Assembly (NCBI GenBank): GCA_022791135.1
Contig: JAAVYM010000020.1
Location: 9,038-73,037 of the forward strand
Direction: 5' to 3'
DNA: 64,000 nt
Origin: Oscillibacter sp.
GTDB taxonomy: Bacteria > Bacillota > Clostridia > Oscillospirales > Oscillospiraceae
Shown: in pieces, positions 57,592 to 64,000 of the stretch
How positions within the stretch are numbered: position 1 is the stretch's first letter
How the letters are laid out: each line of letters opens with the position of its first letter
The notes under the pieces: generated by a model
What the model was told of the DNA's origin: nothing
The model's database searches: none
The model's input: only the letters and a program-made list of their open reading frames with translations
Program-made: the position numbers and the translations under genes

Positions 57592-58590
57592 ATGAAAGTT
57601 ACCATCAGCGATGTGGCCCGGCTGGCTGGCGTCTCCACTGCCACAGTTTCCCACACCATCAACAGCACCCGCTATGTCTCCAGCGACACAAAGGATAAAG
57701 TCTACCACGCCATTCACCAGCTGGGCTATACCCCCGACGCCTCCGCCCGGAGCTTCCGCACCGGCAAGAAGAAAACGGTGGGCTTCATTGTGCCGGATAT
57801 CTCCAACAAGTTTTTTGGCACCATCATTGAGTCAGCGGAAAACTGTCTCTCCGCCAAGGGTTACCACCTTATTATCGCCAACACCAAGGAGAGCGCGGAG
57901 CGGGAGGAAACCAGCCTCCGCCTCCTCACCGCCGGCCTTGTGGACGGGCTGCTGGTGGCCAGCACCATGGAGGATTTCTCCCGTTTTGACCAGCTGATTC
58001 CCGCGGGATTCCCGGTGGTGCTGGTAGACCGGACCTTTGACACGCAAAAGTATCCTTCGGTCAGCGTCTCCAACTTCCAGCCCATCTACCGCAGCGTCTG
58101 CCGCCTGGCGGCCAAAGGAAAGCGGCGAATCGGCATTATCGGCGGACTTCCCCGGCTCTCCACCACCCGGGAGCGGATCGCCGCCTACCAGGCGGCTGTG
58201 GCAGACTGCCGCCTGACTCAGGACGAGAATTTCATCCGCTACGGCGACTCCATGGAAGACAGCGCGCCGCCCTGCCTGGATCAGCTTCTGGAGCGGAACT
58301 GCGACGCAATCCTGGTCTGCCAGGGCCTGATGGCTGCCGTCACCATCGCCTACCTTCGGGGAAAAGGCATTCAGCCCCAGCGGGATCTGGAGGTGGTGAG
58401 CTTTGTGGACTACAGCACCCGGGCCTATGAATTCTACTATGACCAAGTAGACCGGATCGTCCAGCCGGTGGAGGAGCTGGGCCGGATTGCCGGAGAACAA
58501 ATTCTCCACCGCATTGAGCAGCCGGATACGCCGGTACTGGAGCGCGTTCTGACCTCCGCATATTTGCCCTTTGAAGAACACGCTATATAA
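57592..58590 (+). CDS. LacI-family transcriptional regulator
   Basis: TISDVARLAGVSTATVS, LGYTP, IVPDISNKFF. Confidence 0.95.
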   Translation: MKVTISDVARLAGVSTATVSHTINSTRYVSSDTKDKVYHAIHQLGYTPDASARSFRTGKKKTVGFIVPDISNKFFGTIIESAENCLSAKGYHLIIANTKESAEREETSLRLLTAGLVDGLLVASTMEDFSRFDQLIPAGFPVVLVDRTFDTQKYPSVSVSNFQPIYRSVCRLAAKGKRRIGIIGGLPRLSTTRERIAAYQAAVADCRLTQDENFIRYGDSMEDSAPPCLDQLLERNCDAILVCQGLMAAVTIAYLRGKGIQPQRDLEVVSFVDYSTRAYEFYYDQVDRIVQPVEELGRIAGEQILHRIEQPDTPVLERVLTSAYLPFEEHAI

Positions 58591-58649
58591 TGGGGCGGTC
58601 CAGGCCATCCCCCAAAGCCTTTTTCCGCAGCAGGCGGCATAAAAAGCAT

Positions 58650-59820
58650 GATCTCCTGGTATTATAGAGTAGTTATTAAGGCCCCTATCCAAGGGCTGTG
58701 CTACACTGTAAAGGATGCTGTGGATTGGTTTTCACCTCCTGCCACGAAGATGGTTCTTGAAAGGTTCCAACCACAGCCCCTTGCAGTTTTGTTAATCAGT
58801 TAAATACCGCCAGACGGTTTATCAGGAAGACAAAGACAGATCGTGTGGATGCGCGAACGATTGCGGCTGTGCTTTTGTCCAATGCGAGCCTCAAGCCCCA
58901 CACGGATACAGCATACCACAATGAGGAGCTAAAATCCCTCACCAGATACCGTTTCGATAAGGTAGCTGTAGCGGTCGGCTTCGTGTTTTATGATTTCCCA
59001 CTTGCGCCCGTTCTCGTCGTCGATGATGGTCTTTACTATCATTTTCTTTCCCTCCCGGCCTGTGGCCTTGACTGTGGTTTAGTTATATGGTATCATGGAG
59101 GCGGTTAGATGGTAGGCTCTTGACCGCCTCCTGATACCGTGGTGTAGGCTTCCTCTGCTTTGCTAGGGTGGGGAGCCTACATTTTTATTTGCTAATGGTA
59201 GTTTCGAGCTTTTTAATAAGCTCATCCAGGTCCTTAAAGAGCGGGCGAAGCTGAAGCAGTCCTTTCCAGGCTGGTGTGTATCCTGTTTCCAGAGTTGGAA
59301 AAACTGGTTCCGACACTTCATATGGCCTCTGTCTATGCGCTGTTGCCTGAATTTCCGGGAACCGAACAGATCGCCGCCGCGCATCTGACAGGTTGAAGAT
59401 CCTGCTGACGGATGCCTCCAGAGACCACTGTGGGAGGGATATGGCTGTAGATATCCGCGGTGCCGCCAGATGCTCCATTGGCTTCAGGATACCTGCCAAG
59501 TCCTTGGAATTGCAGCATACCATTCGGCTCATTCGGGAGCTGGATGCCGAAATTGAAGAAATTGAGGCCGCGATCCAGACCATCATGGATGAACTGCATT
59601 CTCCCATTGCCACCATTCCGGGCAATGGCTGCCGCATGGATGCCATGATCCTGGCCGGAATTGGTGACTTCTCCCGGTTTGATTCCCCTAGCAGGCTGCT
59701 GGCTTACGCTGGGATGTCTCCTTCTACCTACCTGTCTGGACAGCTCAAAAACTGTTATCCGCACATGGAGAAGCACAGCTCCGGTATCTGCGCTATGCCC
59801 TCTACAATGCCGCCAAAAAC
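58650..59820 (+). mobile_element. Degraded IS110-family element (5' non-coding end plus transposase fragments)
   Basis: KTKTDRVDARTIA, ELKSLTRYRFDKV|KERAKLKQS, IGDFSRFDSPSRLLAYAGMSPS..SG, YLRYALYNAAK; N-terminal DEDD part deleted, frameshifts, internal insertion; ends approximate. Confidence 0.85.
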
Positions 59821-60207
59821 TGGTACGGCTCATCTTCGCTCTGGAGAAATCCAGACAGCCTTATTGCTCCGCGATTTGATTCTCCCAATAGCTATCTGGG
59901 GTCCTGCTGGACCTCTACTTGCTGTACCCTTTTGGAACCATCTAACTTTTTGCATCTATCCTTCATTTTAGGGCCTGGCTTCTGATAGTTAATCTTTCAT
60001 CAAAAGGCGCAAGCATCCAAGACCCACCCCACGTCCCGCACAAAATTACTCTTTTCCCGTCTGTTATCTCCCGGATTATAGCATGCTTTGAACGATCGTT
60101 TAAGACCGCGCGAAATCAATCTCCGCAGCGTTTGCGCCCCACACCGCCCCTGAGGAGGAAGAAGGACCGGAAGAAGACGCGCCAGGTTTCGGGATATCCA
60201 TGAGCCT

Positions 60208-60420
60208 GTGAGGCACATCTTGGGTTACGAACACTTACGGGAGCAATATCCCGAAATCATATCCAAAGACCAGCTCTACCGTATCTGCCGCATCCACAAG
60301 CGCAGGGTCCAGTGGCTGCCGGAAGACGGCGTCATTCCCTGTGAGGACTCCGATAAGCACACACGGCGGTTTCACACCCGTTTGGAGGATGTAATTACAT
60401 TCTTGGAACAGCGGGGTGCT
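60208..60420 (+). pseudogene. Fragment of a helix-turn-helix/excisionase-like protein of integrative elements
   Basis: YPEIISKDQLYRIC.IHKR..GVIPC.DS.K.TRRF..RLEDVI.FL; no clear start. Confidence 0.5.
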
Positions 60421-61104
60421 GTGCGCCTTTCTGCCGGAGCGGCGGGCAGACGCTCCCGATATGCCCGCCATCCAATAAACGGCCTCTTTGTGCGGTTACG
60501 GGCCGGCAGCCATTAGTGGCCGTCGTCCCGGGACGTTCAGGTATCTTCTAACAACCCAGAGTATTACACCGAATTGCTGGAAGAATTTCAGACAGAAGAA
60601 CAAAGCAGCGGCATGGAATGAGGGTTCCATGCCGCTGTAGGTCTATTCTTGTGGCTTGACAGCTTCGCCCAAACGCTGTTTCATCAGGTCCGTCGCACCT
60701 TGACTCAATTACCGCTGGAAAATAGGCAGCTTTGTGACATTCGCGTCTACTTGCGCGAATACCCGCCCGTCTCGGGTATTCAGCTTGTTGATGAATACTG
60801 AAGCGCCCGGATAGCACCCTGATTGCAGCGAATCGAGGCTATATGAAACGCCCTCGCTTCTTTTTTTCGCACTGCGCATCGAAACACCTTGCCAAGTATG
60901 CCTGCTCTGTCATCCGCCCATCCAGCACTTCGCAGACCGCTTCTTTCATTTCTGTAAAGTCCTGCAATCCCTTCATCCAAAAGGATGCCTCAGCGTTTTT
61001 GATCGCCCGCGATTCTCTCATGATTGTTCACGCAAATCACCCTTCCAAGGCGGCCTGCGTTTTCAGAATCAATATGGACATCCGGTCATTCCATCGGCTC
61101 TCCA

Positions 61105-61269
61105 AATTCCGCCGAAAACCCAGCGCAGCGGATTTCGGTGGAAAGCGAAGCTCCCGGGGGATGCCGTATCCGTAAGGCGGCAAAGCCGCCAACGGCTACG
61201 CAAAAATTCCCACCAGGGTGCAGTTTTCGCCGTACGGCGGAAACGGAACGATGGTGGGAATTTCTGAGC
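61105..61269 (-). repeat. tRNA 3'-trailer structured element, copy 2 (with nested REP-like hairpin at 61151-61201)
   Basis: Homologous to 38953-39060; begins directly after the tRNA-Ser CCA. Confidence 0.85.
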
Positions 61270-61358
61270 TGGCGCAGCGGGAGGGATTCGAACCCTCGTG
61301 AGATCTCTCTCAAACTGATTTCGAGTCAGCCCCGTTATGACCACTTCGATACCGCTGC
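61270..61358 (-). tRNA. tRNA-Ser(CGA)
   Basis: Reverse complement GCAGCGGTATCGAAGTGGTCATAACG..CT-CGA-AA..GGTTCGAATCC..CGCTGCGCCA; long variable arm. Confidence 0.95.
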
Positions 61359-61612
61359 ATATAAGATTGTTTTCTATTATGCCACACTTTCCCCTCCGTT
61401 GCAAGGGGGCAAGAAAAATTTCTCCATCCTCATTTAAAGCGTACCCTCCGCAGCCCGATGCTTCCAAAAACACGCCCTTCCTGCCATGGGGAAACCATGC
61501 TTGGAGGCCGTCCGTAAAATGACCGCTCCTGTGCCACCAGCCCCTCGTACCCGGCGAAGGCTGTTTCCTCCTTCTCCCCAGATACGCGGTCCCCTCTCAG
61601 TCCGCGCCTCTT

Positions 61613-62722
61613 TCACCGCCCGTACAAAAATGCATCGCACTTCAGCATCCCATTGTATAGCTTCCTCTTCCGGTCCGCCGTCCGGCCAAAGCACCGCTCA
61701 AACTCCGTATGGGAGCTGAGCACCACCACCCGCCATTTCGCCGGCAGGTCCTCCAGCGCCCGGCCAAAGCGCCGGTACAGCTCCTCGGCCTCCCTCTTCT
61801 CCAGCAGCCGCTCGCCGTAGGGCGGGTTTGTCACCAACTGCCCATACTCGCTGTCCCGGTGAAATTTTCCCGCGTCCGCCTCCTCAAAGCGCACGCAGTC
61901 CTCCACCCCGGCCAACTCCGCATTATGCCGGGCCAGCTCCACCGCCGCCGGGTCGATGTCACCGCCCCAGATGTCATAGCTGCCGTGGAATTCCTTGTCC
62001 TGGGCCTCCTCGGCGGCGTCCATCCACAGCCTTGGCTCCATGGACTTCCAGCGCTGGGCAGCAAAGCGCCGGTCCAGCCCCGGGGCGCGGTTTTTGGCAA
62101 TCAGCGCCGCCTCGATGGGAATGGTTCCGCTGCCGCAGAAGGGATCGCAGAAGGGGTCCTTTCCCCGGTAGCGGGAGAGCGTCACCAGCGCCGCCGCCAG
62201 AGTCTCCCGCAGCGGCGCGCCCATATTCTGCGCCCGGTAGCCCCGCTTGTACAGCCCCTCGCCGGAGGTATCCAGATACAGCGACGCCCGGTCCTTCACG
62301 ATGGCAAACTGGATTTGATAGCGGCTCCCCGTCTCCGGCAGCGTCTCACAGCCATAGGCCCGCCCCAGCCGGCTGGCCGCCGCCTTTTTCACAATCGCCT
62401 GGCACGCCGGCACCGAGTGCAGCACCGAGCTGAGAGAGTAGCCCTTCACGGGAAACTCCCCCTCCTTCGGGATAAACTCCTCCCACGGCAGGGCCACGAC
62501 CCCCTGAAACAGCGCCTCAAAATCCGGCGCAGGGAAGGACCCCAGCTCCATCAGCACCCGCGCCCCGCAGCGCAGGCCGATGTTCAGCCGGGCAATGTCC
62601 GCCAGGGTCCCCTCGCAGTGGACCCGTCCGTTTTCAGCCCTCACGCCGGCCAGGCCCATCCGCCGCATCTCGTCGGCCACCAGACCTTCCAGCCCCAGCA
62701 AACAGGGTACGGTCAAAATCAA
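61613..62722 (-). CDS. THUMP-domain RNA methyltransferase (RlmL/YpsC-like)
   Basis: DTSGEGLYKRGYR, APLRETLAA, DPFCGSGTIPIEAA, TNPPYGER. Confidence 0.92.
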   Translation of the reverse strand: MILTVPCLLGLEGLVADEMRRMGLAGVRAENGRVHCEGTLADIARLNIGLRCGARVLMELGSFPAPDFEALFQGVVALPWEEFIPKEGEFPVKGYSLSSVLHSVPACQAIVKKAAASRLGRAYGCETLPETGSRYQIQFAIVKDRASLYLDTSGEGLYKRGYRAQNMGAPLRETLAAALVTLSRYRGKDPFCDPFCGSGTIPIEAALIAKNRAPGLDRRFAAQRWKSMEPRLWMDAAEEAQDKEFHGSYDIWGGDIDPAAVELARHNAELAGVEDCVRFEEADAGKFHRDSEYGQLVTNPPYGERLLEKREAEELYRRFGRALEDLPAKWRVVVLSSHTEFERCFGRTADRKRKLYNGMLKCDAFLYGR

Positions 62723-62873
62723 ACGGAATTCCTCCCTCTCCTCAGCATGCTCCCAGTATACCAGCCCCGCCGGAATTTTTCAACGCCCTTCTTTCCCGCC
62801 GGGACGAAGGCATCCCGCTGCATGGAAAAGGAAGCGGGACCCGCCCGCTTCCTCCAAAATTCATCACCCCGCC

Positions 62874-63428
62874 CTACACCAGCTGGGACACGGCGCCCGA
62901 ACAGGCCATGCCGCGGCGCAGTGCCTCCAGATTCAGGGGAACCAGCTTGGCCTTCTTCCCCGTGAACATCTCTGCGATCATGGTCTCGATGGTCTCCTGC
63001 TTCAGTGCGCCGGTGGCGGCGATGTACGCCCCCAGCATGACCATATTCGCCACCTTCGCATTGCCCAGCTCCGCCGCGATCTCGTCGCAGGGCACGTACA
63101 CCGCCTTCACGTCCTCCCGGCTCACCTGGTCGGGAATGATGCTGCTGTTGATAAACACCGTGCCCCCCGGAGCCACGGAGGATTCAAATTTTGCCAGGGC
63201 CGCCCGGTTCATGGCGATCACCTCGCTGGGCTGCTCCACCAGCGGCGCGCCGATCCGCTCGTCGCTGATGATGACCGTGCAGTTGGCGGTGCCGCCCCGC
63301 ATCTCCGGCCCGTAGGAGGGCACCCAGGACGCCTCCAGGTCCTCCGCCACGGCGGCTTCCACCAGGTTCTTCCCGATGGACATGACGCCCTGGCCGCCGA
63401 AGCCGGATAGAATGACTTCTTTTTTCAT
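62874..63428 (-). CDS. 2-oxoacid:ferredoxin oxidoreductase gamma subunit
   Basis: GFGGQG, PSYGPEMRGGTANC, ANMVMLGA. Confidence 0.93.
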   Translation of the reverse strand: MKKEVILSGFGGQGVMSIGKNLVEAAVAEDLEASWVPSYGPEMRGGTANCTVIISDERIGAPLVEQPSEVIAMNRAALAKFESSVAPGGTVFINSSIIPDQVSREDVKAVYVPCDEIAAELGNAKVANMVMLGAYIAATGALKQETIETMIAEMFTGKKAKLVPLNLEALRRGMACSGAVSQLV

Positions 63429-63432
63429 TTTA

Positions 63433-64000
63433 TTACGCCTCCGTATCCTTGATGACGCCCAGGGGATAATAAGCGGCCATGTTTTCCATCAGCCACCGGT
63501 TGGCCTCGCCGACCTCCATGCCCCAGTTGGTGGGGCAGGCCGCCAGGACCTCCACGAAGGTGAAGCCGTCCCCGGCCATCTGCCGGGCAAAGGCCTTTTT
63601 CAGGGCCTTTTTCGCCTTGTTCAGGTGGGGAATGTCCGTCACGCACACCCGCTCGGCGTACACGCAGCCCTCCAGCGTCGCCAGCATCTCGGCCACCCGG
63701 ATGGGCATGCCGGCCTGCTCCTTGGTGCGGCCCAGGGGGGCGGTGGTGGCTTTCTGGCCGATGAGGGTAGTGGGGGCCATTTGCCCGCCGGTCATGCCGT
63801 AAATGGCGTTGTTGATAAAGACGGTGGTGAATTTCTCCCCCCGCATGGCGGCGTGAACGATCTCCGCTGCGCCGATAGAGGCCAGATCCCCGTCTCCCTG
63901 GTAGGTGAAAACCGGCTGAGAGGGGTGGGTGCGCTTCACGGCGGTGGCCACCGCCGGGGCGCGGCCGTGAGCGGCCTCGATGGTGTCAAAGGAGAAATAG
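63433..64000 (-). CDS. 2-oxoacid:ferredoxin oxidoreductase beta (TPP) subunit, 5' part outside window
   Basis: AAHGRAPAVATA, YQGDGDLASIG, NNAIYGMTGGQMAPT, CPTNW. Confidence 0.93.
   Translation of the reverse strand, partial: YFSFDTIEAAHGRAPAVATAVKRTHPSQPVFTYQGDGDLASIGAAEIVHAAMRGEKFTTVFINNAIYGMTGGQMAPTTLIGQKATTAPLGRTKEQAGMPIRVAEMLATLEGCVYAERVCVTDIPHLNKAKKALKKAFARQMAGDGFTFVEVLAACPTNWGMEVGEANRWLMENMAAYYPLGVIKDTEA

Noticed and set aside
59830-61080. Short ORFs in the decayed island as functional genes
   Set aside because: Fragmentary, interrupted by stops, and no recognisable intact domain.

Overview
A GC-rich chromosomal segment from a Clostridia-type gut bacterium. The gene repertoire suggests Oscillospiraceae, but that is inference. 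Most of it is housekeeping: metNIQ under a Met T-box, an FHA-SEDS/PBP pair, a BusR-OpuC-proBAC osmoprotection block, tepA, pyk, greA, yqeC-yqeB-selD, leuS under a Leu T-box, putP, ilvE, rlmH, rqcH, mrnC, rsmA, pcrA, rpmH-rnpA-yidD-yidC-jag with no adjacent dnaA, queT, an rlmL-like gene and oxoacid:ferredoxin oxidoreductase genes. It also has four tRNAs, a C-protein-controlled type II R-M system, two ECF sigma/anti-sigma-like pairs, a yjdF riboswitch cassette after rlmH, several pseudogenes and a decayed island with an IS110 remnant next to tRNA-Ser. The most unusual signal is a structured non-coding element of about 110 nt that begins exactly after the CCA of two unrelated tRNAs (Leu-TAG and Ser-CGA). 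The two copies show compensatory base changes, and one carries a nested GTAG REP-like hairpin. Also notable are a preQ1-I-like riboswitch variant with an inserted hairpin, tandem Spo0A boxes before an XRE-DUF6514-like pair, and a 271-bp foreign fragment inserted in the IS110 remnant. All family calls come from motif recognition by eye; no searches were run.
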